From assembly GCA_964529875.1 (NCBI GenBank), contig CAZGXO010000001.1:1-36871 (forward strand): a stretch of 36,871 nt of DNA, in the 5' to 3' direction. The translations under genes were made by a program, and so were the position numbers. The notes under the pieces were generated by a model. The model was not told where the DNA came from and ran no database searches. It saw nothing but the letters and a program-made list of their open reading frames with translations. Positions 18,797 through 28,544 of the stretch are shown here, in pieces (position 1 is the first letter of the stretch; every line of letters begins with the position of its first letter). Origin of the DNA: an uncultured Candidatus Planktophila sp. (GTDB lineage: Bacteria; Actinomycetota; Actinomycetes; Nanopelagicales; Nanopelagicaceae).

Positions 18797-19675
18797 TTAG
18801 CGAATACGCGCAGCTATTGCTTGCAAGTAAGCAGCACCTGCCACTCGAGCACGGCGAGCAGTAGATGTAGCAGCACGCTTGTTAAAAATATCAAAGTTGA
18901 TAGCTTCAACCTCATCAACAATTCCGCAATACAGCTCACTAGCAGCACGGATGCAGGGCCGGGATTCCTTATCTAGATATTTAATTCCATCATTGGCTTC
19001 TGCTTGCAAGTCCCTCACGCGCGATATCTGAAACTTAAGAGCTGCAACAATTTCTGGAGTCAGGGTCTTTCTCTCCAACATGGCGCGTGTGACACCGTAC
19101 TCGGCCAACTCTGTGAGCGGCAGATAGACGCGCCCGCGATCTAAATCCTCAGAAACATCACGAATAAAGTTTGCCAGCTGAAAAGCGATACCCAATTTCT
19201 GGGCAGCATCAAATGCTCGCTCATCGGAGTACCCCAAGATAGGCACCATCTCAAGTCCTATTACAGCGGCTGATCCATAAACGTATTCATGTAAGTCTTG
19301 GTATGTGTTGTACTCGGTGACCGTTAAATCCATCTCCATAGAGTGAAGAAAATCTACAAAGTGTTGATGTGGAATCTGAAATTTTTGAACAGTATCAACT
19401 AATGCGCGACCTATGTGATCTGAACTTCTGCCCGCTTGTAAATCTGTTAAAAGGCCCTTGCTCCAAGTGCGCAGTGCATCTGCCTTCTCTTGCGGAGATA
19501 AAGTAGAAGCCAAGTCATCAACAATTTCATCGGCATATCTGGCAAATCCGTATAACGCGTGTACATAGGGTCGTTTGCGTGCAGGTAATAAGAGCGTGGC
19601 TAAGTAATATGTTTTGCCGTGAAGTGAATTAAGCCGCTTACATTCGGCATACGATGCTTGGAGTGCGGCATCCAT
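18797..19675 (-). CDS. crtB: Phytoene synthase
   Basis: HGKTYYLAT, YGFARYADEIVD, FQLANFIRDVSEDLDRGRVYLP. Confidence 0.95.
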   Translation of the reverse strand: MDAALQASYAECKRLNSLHGKTYYLATLLLPARKRPYVHALYGFARYADEIVDDLASTLSPQEKADALRTWSKGLLTDLQAGRSSDHIGRALVDTVQKFQIPHQHFVDFLHSMEMDLTVTEYNTYQDLHEYVYGSAAVIGLEMVPILGYSDERAFDAAQKLGIAFQLANFIRDVSEDLDRGRVYLPLTELAEYGVTRAMLERKTLTPEIVAALKFQISRVRDLQAEANDGIKYLDKESRPCIRAASELYCGIVDEVEAINFDIFNKRAATSTARRARVAGAAYLQAIAARIR

Positions 19676-21160
19676 TTACTTAACAGGACCCACGATTCGC
19701 TCTGCGGCAAGGCGACCAGAGATCAGAACCATAGGTACGCCGACTCCGGGTTGTGTGCCACTTCCTGCAAAGACAACGTTTTCAAAACCTGCCGCTAAAT
19801 TGCGCGGTCTAAATGGACCTGTTTGAAAGAAGGTATGCGCACTGGCAAATGGAGCGCCACGTTCCATTCCCTGAGCTTGCCAATCAAGTGGTGTTGTCAT
19901 GACTTCTACTTCAATAGAGTCAGCAAAACCTTTATAGCCGCGAGCTTCTAAAGTCTGAATCATATGATCGCGATAAGGTTTTGCTTTTTCTCTCCAATCA
20001 ATATCGGCATCGAGATTCGGAGTAGGAAAGAGAATGTAATACGACTCTTTGCCGGCTGGTGCAAGCGTTGCATCATCATGAGTTGGAACAGTTACAAGCA
20101 CCGATGGATCTGACATCAAGGTGCGCTTATTGATGAGCTCGTCGAAAACTCCATCCCATGATTCACCAAAGTGAATATTGTGATGAGCAATATGTTCATA
20201 CTTCTTGGAAGAACCAACTAGAAGAGTGACACATGACGGTGAATAGTTGAGCCGCTTAATGTTAAGGGGAGTCCGGCCCAATAATTCGCGCCATACAACT
20301 GGAACATCTGGGTTCATGACTACGGCATCACATGGAATTCTCTCGCCAGTATGCGTGATGACCGCTGTTACTCGGCCATGAGCCTTTTCTAAAGTAGTGA
20401 CAGTTGAGTTGTACTTAAAGGTCACTCCATGTTTTTCTGCGGCAGCGGCAAGACCTCGGGGAACTGCGTGCATTCCTCCCTTTGGGAAGAAGACGCCGTT
20501 AACTGAATCCATATATGCAATAACGGCATAGATAGCTAAAGCTTGTTGTGGACTTACCCCCGCATACATCGCTTGGAATGAATACACCTTCTGCAAACGT
20601 GGATCTTTAAGATATTGATTCACTTTTGGTTGTAGCCGTCTAAAACCTCCTAAGGCAATGAGGCGAGCCAAATTCGGAGTCAACAAATTGAGGGGGGTAT
20701 CGATATTTTTATCGATAAAGTCGTTCATCTCATATTTATAGAGTTTGGTGACAAAATCCACGTATTTGCGATAGCCCATCGCTTCTTCGGCAGAGACGTG
20801 AGTACGAATTTCTTCTTCCATTTGCGCAGTGTTAGCGTGAATATCAAGTTGCGAGCCATCTGCATAGAAGGCGCGATAAAGCGGAGTGAGAGGCTTTAAC
20901 TCAATCCAATCTTTCATATCTTCGCCAACGCAACTAAATGCATCTTGGATGAGTGAAGGCATTGTTAAAACAGATGGTCCTGTATCAAAGGCATATCCAT
21001 CTTTACTGAGTAATCCGTTACGTCCACCTGGTACTGATTCCCGCTCAACCACAGTGACTTTTCGTCCCGCTCCAGCCAATCGAAGCGCCGCACTTAAACC
21101 GGCGAGGCCCGCACCAACAACCACTACATGGTCAGTGGGACCTTTCACGCGCTTTGGCAT
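19676..21160 (-). CDS. crtI: Phytoene desaturase
   Basis: VVVGAGLAGL FAD motif, FDTGPSVLTM, FPKGGM, GSGTQPGVGVPMVLISG; between crtE and crtB. Confidence 0.93.
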   Translation of the reverse strand: MPKRVKGPTDHVVVVGAGLAGLSAALRLAGAGRKVTVVERESVPGGRNGLLSKDGYAFDTGPSVLTMPSLIQDAFSCVGEDMKDWIELKPLTPLYRAFYADGSQLDIHANTAQMEEEIRTHVSAEEAMGYRKYVDFVTKLYKYEMNDFIDKNIDTPLNLLTPNLARLIALGGFRRLQPKVNQYLKDPRLQKVYSFQAMYAGVSPQQALAIYAVIAYMDSVNGVFFPKGGMHAVPRGLAAAAEKHGVTFKYNSTVTTLEKAHGRVTAVITHTGERIPCDAVVMNPDVPVVWRELLGRTPLNIKRLNYSPSCVTLLVGSSKKYEHIAHHNIHFGESWDGVFDELINKRTLMSDPSVLVTVPTHDDATLAPAGKESYYILFPTPNLDADIDWREKAKPYRDHMIQTLEARGYKGFADSIEVEVMTTPLDWQAQGMERGAPFASAHTFFQTGPFRPRNLAAGFENVVFAGSGTQPGVGVPMVLISGRLAAERIVGPVK

Positions 21161-22245
21161 TAATAACTCCTTTTAGTGGCGCTTTCGGCGAGAGCGAGAA
21201 GAAATGGTCGCGCCTTCTCGTGAATCACATCATTGTGGGCTGCTGAATTCGATTCATCAGCCAACTGGTTAATGAGCTTTTCGACCTCAGCTACTGCACC
21301 TGATTCGGTAATTATGTGGCGCAAGTTTTCTACTTGTGCAGATGTTAAATCAGATGCGCCTAAGTGTTTCATTAGTTCGCTACGCCCGCTACTTGAAGTT
21401 TTTTCAAGTGCCATAGCGATTAAGACCGTTCGCTTTCCCTCACGAAGATCATCGCCTGCAGGTTTACCTGTCGTTGCGGGATCGCCAAAAATTCCCAGCA
21501 AATCATCACGCAATTGAAATGCCTCACCAAGTGGGAGTCCATAAGCCGAAAGCGCGTGCAATAAAGGTGCGTGGCGATTGGGGTTAGGTTCTGCAATTAC
21601 TGCACCAAGGTGTAGCGGACGTTCAATGGTGTACTTACCTGATTTAAATCTTGCGATACGAAGTGATCGTTTAACATCGTGTGCTTTTTCGCCCGCTTCA
21701 CGGACATCTAGATATTGACCCGCCATCAATTCAACCCGCATCTCATCATGAATCGAGAGCGCGGCAGTGAGAGATTCAGTCGAGATTCCCGACTGATGCA
21801 ACATTTGATCTGACCAGACAAGTGCAAGATCGCCAAGTAAGACGGCGGCAGCTTGGCCAAATTGAGCCGGAGCCCCTGCCAGAGAATTTTTCGAGTGTAA
21901 TGTTTCAAATTGGCGGTGAATAGATGGCTTACCTCTACGCGTATCAGAACCATCCATTAAGTCATCATGAATTAAGGCGCATGCCTGGAGCAGTTCGAGA
22001 CTAGAAAGTGCGCGTACATCGTTCTTGCCTGGAATTTTTCCAGTAGATAAAAAGCCGGCATATCCAAAGAGAGGGCGTAATCTTTTGCCGCCGTCTAGCA
22101 GATATTCATCTAACGCATCGCACACTGGAATTAATTCATCGGCGATGGATGTGAGATAGCCGCGTTGCGCCGCTAAAAAATCCTTCAACTCTGCCTTAAT
22201 TGCATTACGAACTTCTAAAGCGCTTTCCGATAGGTGGTTATCCAC
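21160..22245 (-). CDS. crtE: Geranylgeranyl diphosphate synthase (polyprenyl synthetase)
   Basis: GGKRLRP, LIHDDLMDGSDTRRG, GQYLD, FQLRDDLLG, DLREGK; start GTG 22245 with TACCTT 6 nt upstream. Confidence 0.9.
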   Translation of the reverse strand: MDNHLSESALEVRNAIKAELKDFLAAQRGYLTSIADELIPVCDALDEYLLDGGKRLRPLFGYAGFLSTGKIPGKNDVRALSSLELLQACALIHDDLMDGSDTRRGKPSIHRQFETLHSKNSLAGAPAQFGQAAAVLLGDLALVWSDQMLHQSGISTESLTAALSIHDEMRVELMAGQYLDVREAGEKAHDVKRSLRIARFKSGKYTIERPLHLGAVIAEPNPNRHAPLLHALSAYGLPLGEAFQLRDDLLGIFGDPATTGKPAGDDLREGKRTVLIAMALEKTSSSGRSELMKHLGASDLTSAQVENLRHIITESGAVAEVEKLINQLADESNSAAHNDVIHEKARPFLLALAESATKRSY

Positions 22246-22251
22246 GGAGAA

Positions 22252-22261
22252 AAGGTACCCT
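22252..22261. promoter_or_regulatory. Overlapping divergent -10 elements for leaderless crtE and metF
   Basis: AAGGTACCCT: TACCTT (minus) and TACCCT (plus) share TA 22256-22257, each 6 nt from a GTG start. Confidence 0.7.
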
Positions 22262-22267
22262 GACGCA

Positions 22268-23140
22268 GTGGAGAAACGCAGTCCCATGAGCCGGCATACA
22301 TATTCTTTTGAATTTTTCCCGCCGAAAGATGTCGAAGGTGAAGCGCGATTATGGGCTGCGATGTCGCAACTTGAATCTATCTCTCCCGATTTTATTTCAG
22401 TTACCTATGGCGCAGGTGGTTCAACTCGAGATCGCACTATTCGAATTACATCTGAAATAACTGCCCGTACTCACATCCCAACCGTTGCGCATCTGACTTG
22501 TGTTGGTTCAACTCGAGCCGAACTTATAGAAATATTAAGCAAATATAGGGATGCTGGTATCAAAAGTATCTTGGCGCTTCGTGGCGACCCAACAGGAGGT
22601 CCTCGAGCTACTTGGACTGCAACAGATGGCGGACTTAACCATGCAGATGAATTAGTTTCTCTCGCTGCAGAATTTGGTGGCTTTACGATTGGTGTAGCAG
22701 CTTTTCCAGATGGACATCCTGCATCAGAAGGAGATTTTGCAAAAGATATTGCGGTGCTCTTGGAGAAAGAGAGGCGAGGAGCCACATTTGCTACAACCCA
22801 GTTCTTCTTTGATGCTCATAAATGGAGCGCACTTGTAGAAGCGCTCGAGCGGAAAGGATCTTCGCTACCCGTAATTCCTGGAATATTGCCGGTCACCAAT
22901 GTTGCGCAACTAAAACGCATGTCAGATTTGAGTGGCACACCCGTACCACCTGAACTTGTCCGCGCGGTCGAAAAAGTTGCAGATCAACCTGATGAAGTTC
23001 GCAAAATTGGCGTGGAGTTTGCTACCGAATTGTGCAAAAACCTCATCGATGCCGGTGCTCCAGGATTGCACTTTTACACAATGAATACGTCGACTGCCAC
23101 TCGCGAGATCTTTGAACTCATCAAGGATTACGGCAATTAA
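22268..23140 (+). CDS. metF: 5,10-methylenetetrahydrofolate reductase
   Basis: SFEFFPPK, SVTYGAGGS, AHLTC, LALRGD, TQFFFD, GLHFYTMN. Confidence 0.96.
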   Translation: MEKRSPMSRHTYSFEFFPPKDVEGEARLWAAMSQLESISPDFISVTYGAGGSTRDRTIRITSEITARTHIPTVAHLTCVGSTRAELIEILSKYRDAGIKSILALRGDPTGGPRATWTATDGGLNHADELVSLAAEFGGFTIGVAAFPDGHPASEGDFAKDIAVLLEKERRGATFATTQFFFDAHKWSALVEALERKGSSLPVIPGILPVTNVAQLKRMSDLSGTPVPPELVRAVEKVADQPDEVRKIGVEFATELCKNLIDAGAPGLHFYTMNTSTATREIFELIKDYGN

Positions 23141-23142
23141 CA

Positions 23143-23775
23143 ATGAGATCAGAATTACTTACTCAAGCAGATTTCCAAGCCCGTTGGAGTGAGTTGCACG
23201 GAGGCGCCCATATCAAGGGTGCGGTATTGGGATGGTTAAGAATTTCATTCTTGGTTGCGAAGTTTTTATCGCGACTTCGAATTACACCTAATCTCATAAC
23301 GCTCTTGGGTTTGTGTAGCGCTGTCGCTATGGTCTTTACCGAAAGCGCATTGTTCGCTCTGATATTGCTCATTGCTTCTCTATTTTTTGATGGAGTAGAT
23401 GGCAGCGTTGCGATAGTGCAGTCACGAGAAAGTAGATGGGGTTCTGTCCTTGATTCTCTGGCTGACCGCGTATCGGAGGCGCTCTGGCTTTATGTCGGTT
23501 GGAGCTTTGGAATCCCTGCTTGGGTCGCGATTTCTATGTGGGCCATTGCTGCAACTCAAGAATATGCGCGGGCAAAACTTGCATCGCTCGGAAATTCTGA
23601 AGTGGGAGTAGTGACGATTACTGAAAGACCAGTGCGAGCAATCTTTCTCGCCTTTGTGCTTCTCTTTGCAGCGCTAGATTTTTCCGGTATCGAAATCATC
23701 AGTTACATATTCTTTGCCGCGTTAGCTTTTAGTTTTGCTCAGGTATTGCGCACTACTTTTCTAAAATTGCATTAG
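23143..23775 (+). CDS. CDP-alcohol phosphatidyltransferase family protein
   Basis: ITPNLIT and DGVDGSVA...GSVLDSLADR signature. Confidence 0.88.
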   Translation: MRSELLTQADFQARWSELHGGAHIKGAVLGWLRISFLVAKFLSRLRITPNLITLLGLCSAVAMVFTESALFALILLIASLFFDGVDGSVAIVQSRESRWGSVLDSLADRVSEALWLYVGWSFGIPAWVAISMWAIAATQEYARAKLASLGNSEVGVVTITERPVRAIFLAFVLLFAALDFSGIEIISYIFFAALAFSFAQVLRTTFLKLH

Positions 23776-25264
23776 CCACAATTTCGGCGCTCAAACCAAC
23801 GAGCGGTAACCCGCCTCCAGGATGGGCAGAACCACCCACTAAATACAATCCCTTAATGGGAGATCGATTTCGCGCTCTAGAAAAAGCAGAGCGAGCACCA
23901 TTACTGGAAGTTCCATAAATCGAACCACCTGGTGCAAGGACTGAATTTTGTAAGTCTAGGGGAGTTCGAATTTCCAGTACTTCGAGCCTTTCGCGAATTG
24001 GAATTCCAGACCGCTCTATCTGATCAATGATGGAGTTGGCATATTCCTTTGCAAATTGTGGGTTGCTCCAATCAAAGCCCGCCCCGTTAGGTTCGTGACG
24101 CGGCGCATTGACAAGAACGAACCACGCTTCATGACCTGGGTCTTTGACCATGCTCTCATCTCTGGGAGCGCAGATGTAGATGGTTGGATGCTTGACAGGC
24201 TTTTTCTCAGTAAAGATGGCATCAAATTCTGCATCGTAATCTTCTGGAAAAAGTATTGTGTGATGGGCAATTTTCTCATTCTCGCTTGGCTTTAAACCAA
24301 GCAGCAATGAAAATCCGGCAAGGGAAGGTTCATTCTGTGCAATTTTTTGCGCCTCCCGCTTGGCCACTCGGGTGCGTGGAAGTAATTGGTCATACACAAG
24401 ATGGGCATCTGCATTCGCTACTACGCGGTCAAATTTCAATGTTGCGCCATTTACAACAAGCCCACTTACAGAATCCCCTGAGAGAGTTATAGCTTCCACA
24501 TAAGAATTGAGATTAATTGTGACGCCAAGCGATTGGCAACGCTCTGTAATTTTAGTAGCCAAAGTGCCAATACCGCCTTTGATATGCCAAGCTCCAAAAG
24601 CTTCTTCGACAAAAGCAATAGTCGAAAGCACGGCAGGCGCTTTCCGCGGATCGGAACCGCTATATGTTGCATACCTATCCATAATCTTTGCTAAGTATGG
24701 ATTTTTTATTCCCAAGCCACGCAAAGATTTCCAAGGAGCAATAGTGAATAGATCACGCAAGAGTTTCTTTCGCTTCAGCAGAGAGAACGCCGATCTCAAT
24801 TCAGATTCGACAAATGGTTCACGCGAGACATCCCACATCGCTTCCGCTTGGACCATCACGCGGCTCCACTCGGCAGCAGCGCTCTTGCCGAGTGATTGTT
24901 CAATGGCAGCTAACGTTTGCTTTCGTGACAAATTAGAAAACTGCACCGAAGCGCCATCATGGAATCTGTAGTCAAAGGATGGGTTTACCTCTTGTAGATC
25001 AAGAACTCGCCCCATGACATCGCCAGTTCGTTGAAAAAAATCTCGATAAACCGCTGGCAGAGTAAGAAGAGAAGGTCCGGTATCAAATGCGTAGCGGCCC
25101 ACCCATTCGGTGCGACATTTGCCACCCGTATGAGATGCAGCTTCGAAAATCGTGACGCGATGTCCGGCCTTTGCTAATCGTGCCGCAGTACATAACCCGC
25201 CAATTCCAGCTCCAATCACAGCAATATCTTCTGGCGAAGCAACTCGTTTACCTGCGCCTGTCAT
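23753..25264 (-). CDS. crtD: Second CrtI-family oxidoreductase, probable 1-hydroxycarotenoid 3,4-desaturase (CrtD-like)
   Basis: VIGAGIGGL, FDTGPSLLTLP, RYATYSGSDP, GGSAHPGGGLPLV; ATGA overlap with the glycosyltransferase sets the start at 25264; exact activity inferred from context. Confidence 0.65.
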   Translation of the reverse strand: MTGAGKRVASPEDIAVIGAGIGGLCTAARLAKAGHRVTIFEAASHTGGKCRTEWVGRYAFDTGPSLLTLPAVYRDFFQRTGDVMGRVLDLQEVNPSFDYRFHDGASVQFSNLSRKQTLAAIEQSLGKSAAAEWSRVMVQAEAMWDVSREPFVESELRSAFSLLKRKKLLRDLFTIAPWKSLRGLGIKNPYLAKIMDRYATYSGSDPRKAPAVLSTIAFVEEAFGAWHIKGGIGTLATKITERCQSLGVTINLNSYVEAITLSGDSVSGLVVNGATLKFDRVVANADAHLVYDQLLPRTRVAKREAQKIAQNEPSLAGFSLLLGLKPSENEKIAHHTILFPEDYDAEFDAIFTEKKPVKHPTIYICAPRDESMVKDPGHEAWFVLVNAPRHEPNGAGFDWSNPQFAKEYANSIIDQIERSGIPIRERLEVLEIRTPLDLQNSVLAPGGSIYGTSSNGARSAFSRARNRSPIKGLYLVGGSAHPGGGLPLVGLSAEIVANAILEK

Positions 25265-26334
25265 ACAGTGCGACCTTTCCACTGAATGCGACCACGCATG
25301 AGCCATGAGAAGAGCAGAAGATAGATAAGAAGAATCGATGAGAGTGGGTGGAGGAAGGCGTAGAGCGGATTACTCCGTGCGCGAAGGGCACTCAATTGTC
25401 GAGTGAGGACCGAAAGTAAATAAGTCAGGATGCCAATGAGGTAACCCTGCAGCGCCAAATAAATGGGATAGATGCCAACTAAGAAGATCAAGAGCGCTGC
25501 AAAGAGCGCGCCAAAAATTCCACCAAAGGCTTTGTGGAGTGACTTGCCATAGCCCTGTCGTATTTCAGCAAATGATTGATACATACGAGTTCGCGCAAGA
25601 TGCGATCCTTCAACCACAATACCGCGGGCACCATCACGGATAAGTGAACGAGCTAACTCAATATCATCCAGAATTTTCTGTGCAACAGAAGTAAAGCCGT
25701 TGATGGAATCTAAGGCCGCTTTGCGAACGACAAAAAATTGTCCGTTAGCAATGCCAGTGGAGCGAGTAGGAAATTTCTCCGCAAGTCGCAGAACTACAGT
25801 GCTCATCCAGGACCAATGAAGGAGCGGTTGAATCAAGCGTTCTGTGAAAGTTTCTGCAATCTGCCTTGGGTATGGAGAGATAAAATCCAATTCAGCATCT
25901 TTTAGCTGATTGATAGCGCAGGCGATAGCAGTGGGCTGCAACCTGACATCTGCATCAATTGTTACGAGATATTCACAATCAGATTGCTCGTATCCACTGT
26001 GCAGCGCCGATACTTTGCCCAGCCAATTTTCCCGAAGCGCTGGCGAATCCACTATTGCAATGCGGGAGTCACTTTCAGCGAACTGCTTACATATGCGCAG
26101 TGTTTCATCGGTTGAAGCGTCATTTATTACTATGACTCGATAATCAGTGAGATATTTCTGGACGGATAGACGTTGCAGACATTCTTCAATATGCGCGGCT
26201 TCATTGCGAGCTGGGAGCAAGACATTTACTCGCTCTTCAACGATTTGATCATTGAGCGGCCTGCGAATAGTAAAAAAATTAATCAGGCTAATAATGAGGG
26301 TAAGGAGAACGAGCAGGAATGAGAGAATAGCCAT
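25261..26334 (-). CDS. GT2 glycosyltransferase, probable carotenoid glycosyltransferase (CruG-like)
   Basis: PARNE, DASTDET, WLGK, DAD, ANGQF, DDIELAR, RMY; located between cruF and crtD. Confidence 0.8.
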   Translation of the reverse strand: MAILSFLLVLLTLIISLINFFTIRRPLNDQIVEERVNVLLPARNEAAHIEECLQRLSVQKYLTDYRVIVINDASTDETLRICKQFAESDSRIAIVDSPALRENWLGKVSALHSGYEQSDCEYLVTIDADVRLQPTAIACAINQLKDAELDFISPYPRQIAETFTERLIQPLLHWSWMSTVVLRLAEKFPTRSTGIANGQFFVVRKAALDSINGFTSVAQKILDDIELARSLIRDGARGIVVEGSHLARTRMYQSFAEIRQGYGKSLHKAFGGIFGALFAALLIFLVGIYPIYLALQGYLIGILTYLLSVLTRQLSALRARSNPLYAFLHPLSSILLIYLLLFSWLMRGRIQWKGRTV

Positions 26335-26337
26335 TTA

Positions 26338-27144
26338 CTATTCTTTGCTTCCCAACCAACTCGAGAAAAAGTATGGTGCAAGCAGTGCGCCAAGAATTGC
26401 GCTGGCAAAGAGAGCAAGCCCTGGTCGATCAAAGAAGAAGAGATTTCCGACAAAGCCTGAGAAGAGCGTCCAGAGCAAAATTGCATCAACTGCTCTCAGT
26501 GAAGCTCCTTCTTTCCTTCGCTCAACAGGGAGCAATCGATTAAGTAAGCCCACAATAAATATGCCTGCTAATAGCCATCCAAAGGCATTTGATAATGGAA
26601 TATCTGGAGTAAACGGCACATGTGCACCAGGTACCTGCCATGTCCAACGTCCTGCCGCCACCATCTGCGGATCAAGAAATAAATCCCATGACATGAGGAG
26701 CGCACCACCATAGAGAAAGACCCAATGTCCTGCTATGCGCCTTGCTGCGCAGAGCGCGGGATGCACCATCATGACCCAAGCACATGGAACTACAAGTGGT
26801 ACACCAAAGAGTTGAACTCCGAGAGATGCATCGTATTCGTAAATGCCAAATGGCCACCCAGTGTGTACGCCAAGGATTTCAACTCCTAGACCAAAAGCAA
26901 ATGTCAGCGGTAGATATCGCGTCGAATAGCGAAAACCATATGCGAAATGGGCATGTGCAACCATTGCAAGCGCGCCCATTACAACTGTTGCAATAGTGAC
27001 TACGCGTAGCGCCTCACCATCAATTAAAGGATAAGAAATTTGCAAAGCAATGGTGCCACCGACAAGAGCAATCAGAAGATTTCTTGCTCGATCCGAGATT
27101 CCTGCACGCCGTCTTCGACGTGGGTTGTAATGGCGGATTGACAT
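26338..27144 (-). CDS. cruF: Carotenoid 1,2-hydratase (CruF family)
   Basis: EILGVHTGWPFGIYEY, GVPLVVP, WDLFLDP, IPLSNAFGW motifs. Confidence 0.82.
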   Translation of the reverse strand: MSIRHYNPRRRRRAGISDRARNLLIALVGGTIALQISYPLIDGEALRVVTIATVVMGALAMVAHAHFAYGFRYSTRYLPLTFAFGLGVEILGVHTGWPFGIYEYDASLGVQLFGVPLVVPCAWVMMVHPALCAARRIAGHWVFLYGGALLMSWDLFLDPQMVAAGRWTWQVPGAHVPFTPDIPLSNAFGWLLAGIFIVGLLNRLLPVERRKEGASLRAVDAILLWTLFSGFVGNLFFFDRPGLALFASAILGALLAPYFFSSWLGSKE

Positions 27145-27158
27145 AGGCTCATTCTGCC

Positions 27159-27857
27159 CTAATTTATTGGTGAATTTTTCAGCGAACCACTCATCTCCAG
27201 CACTTCAAAGCGTGAAAATAATTCTTCGCTATACCAACCGATTCGCTCTGTATCTGCAATGGCGCGTTGATGAGCCTCACCTTTATATGCAAAGGTGCGA
27301 AGCGCACTGGCTGATTCCCACAGAGAGAATGTTCCTTGTAATCCAATTGGTGCTTCACCAATTCCAATAGCTGCAAGTAGTCCCGGAGATGAATGAAGGT
27401 CTGAAACTACCGGGGGCACAGATTTCCAAAATATGAAGTTCTTATTCCATTTAATTCGCGCTCGAGTAATTGCTGCTATTGGCGCATCTGGCGCGGAGAG
27501 CGTTTCGGTAGGCAGAAATGGATTCGTCTTAGCCCATAGCCCGTGGGAAGAAATCGGTCTCATGACTGCACGAAATTCATGGTCACTTCTTTTGCGCCAC
27601 CGCTTGATAATCGGTGAATGATGAAAGGCCGTGAGCTGGTCGGTATCTATCACAACCACCATTCCCCAACGTCGCAGCTCGGCATCACGCGGCGTAAACG
27701 TCGCTCCTGTTCCAGTCCCAAGTAACTTGGCAAAGTGAACACCAGGAAAATTTCTCGTGAAGACTCGATCCATAGCCATACTGATAAAGGCGAAGGCAAT
27801 ACTCTTTCGCCTAATAGTGAAAAAGTATGCAACGACTACCTTCGGACTACTCACCAC
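27159..27857 (-). CDS. crtA: Spheroidene monooxygenase-like protein (CrtA family)
   Basis: FAKLLGTGTG, SHGLW, AITRARI, IGIGEAP, QGTFSLW, AH, WYSEELFSRF. Confidence 0.82.
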   Translation of the reverse strand: MVSSPKVVVAYFFTIRRKSIAFAFISMAMDRVFTRNFPGVHFAKLLGTGTGATFTPRDAELRRWGMVVVIDTDQLTAFHHSPIIKRWRKRSDHEFRAVMRPISSHGLWAKTNPFLPTETLSAPDAPIAAITRARIKWNKNFIFWKSVPPVVSDLHSSPGLLAAIGIGEAPIGLQGTFSLWESASALRTFAYKGEAHQRAIADTERIGWYSEELFSRFEVLEMSGSLKNSPIN

Positions 27858-27875
27858 AATTAAAGGATACCTGTA

Positions 27876-28544
27876 ATGGCAATAAGTAAATATCTGGGAG
27901 AGTTTGTTGGAACTGCCGCGCTACTAATGGCAAATGTTGGCTCTGCTTCTATGGCAGAAAATCTCACTGATAACAGTGGTGTCAGAATTCTTATCAATTG
28001 CTTATCTACGGCGCTGGTGCTTGGTCTTTTTATTCTGATTTTTGCCAGAATAAGTGGTTCTCATTTCAATCCCGCAGTGACGCTTGTTGAGTTGGTAGGT
28101 AAAAGAATTTCGATGATAGATGCCATGATCTACATATTTGTACAAGTATTAGGTGGGATTAGCGGTGTTGTTATTGCGAATCTGATGTATTCATCGCCTG
28201 CACTAGTTTCATCAACTATTGAGCGAAATGGGACGGGGATTCTCCTTGGCGAAGTTGTGGCAACCGCAGGGCTGCTCTTCGTCATTAATACGTTAAGAAT
28301 TCAGAAGAAGGCGGAACTTACGCCCCTAGCGGTGGGTGTGTGGATTGCATCGGCATTTCTCTTTACTTCATCGACAGCATTTGCCAATCCTGCAGTCACA
28401 TTTGCAAGAAGCTGGACTCCGAATATTTCTGGGATAGCTTCCCAATCGGTATATACATTTGTTGCGGTGCAGTTGGTTGGTGCAATTATTGGCGCTTCAC
28501 TCGCGCAACTCTTTACCAACAAATCATCTGGAGATAAGAAATGA
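27876..28544 (+). CDS. MIP-family channel (AqpS-like, arsenic-associated aquaporin)
   Basis: EFVGTA, SGSHFNPAVT, FTSSTAFANPAVT; 4-nt overlap with arsC. Confidence 0.88.
   Translation: MAISKYLGEFVGTAALLMANVGSASMAENLTDNSGVRILINCLSTALVLGLFILIFARISGSHFNPAVTLVELVGKRISMIDAMIYIFVQVLGGISGVVIANLMYSSPALVSSTIERNGTGILLGEVVATAGLLFVINTLRIQKKAELTPLAVGVWIASAFLFTSSTAFANPAVTFARSWTPNISGIASQSVYTFVAVQLVGAIIGASLAQLFTNKSSGDKK

Noticed and set aside
22246..22287. Apparent head-to-head overlap of crtE (track start 22287) and metF (22268)
   Set aside because: Artefact of longest-ORF calling; GTG 22245 with a correctly spaced -10 removes the overlap.
25265..25306. N-terminal extension of the CrtD-like ORF overlapping the glycosyltransferase
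   Set aside because: ATG 25264 gives a standard ATGA coupling and places the FAD motif near the N-terminus.
27097..27144. Arg-rich N-terminus of CruF (PRRRRRAG) as a possible Tat signal or stalling peptide
   Set aside because: No RRxFL consensus; more simply a positive-inside segment before the first TM helix.
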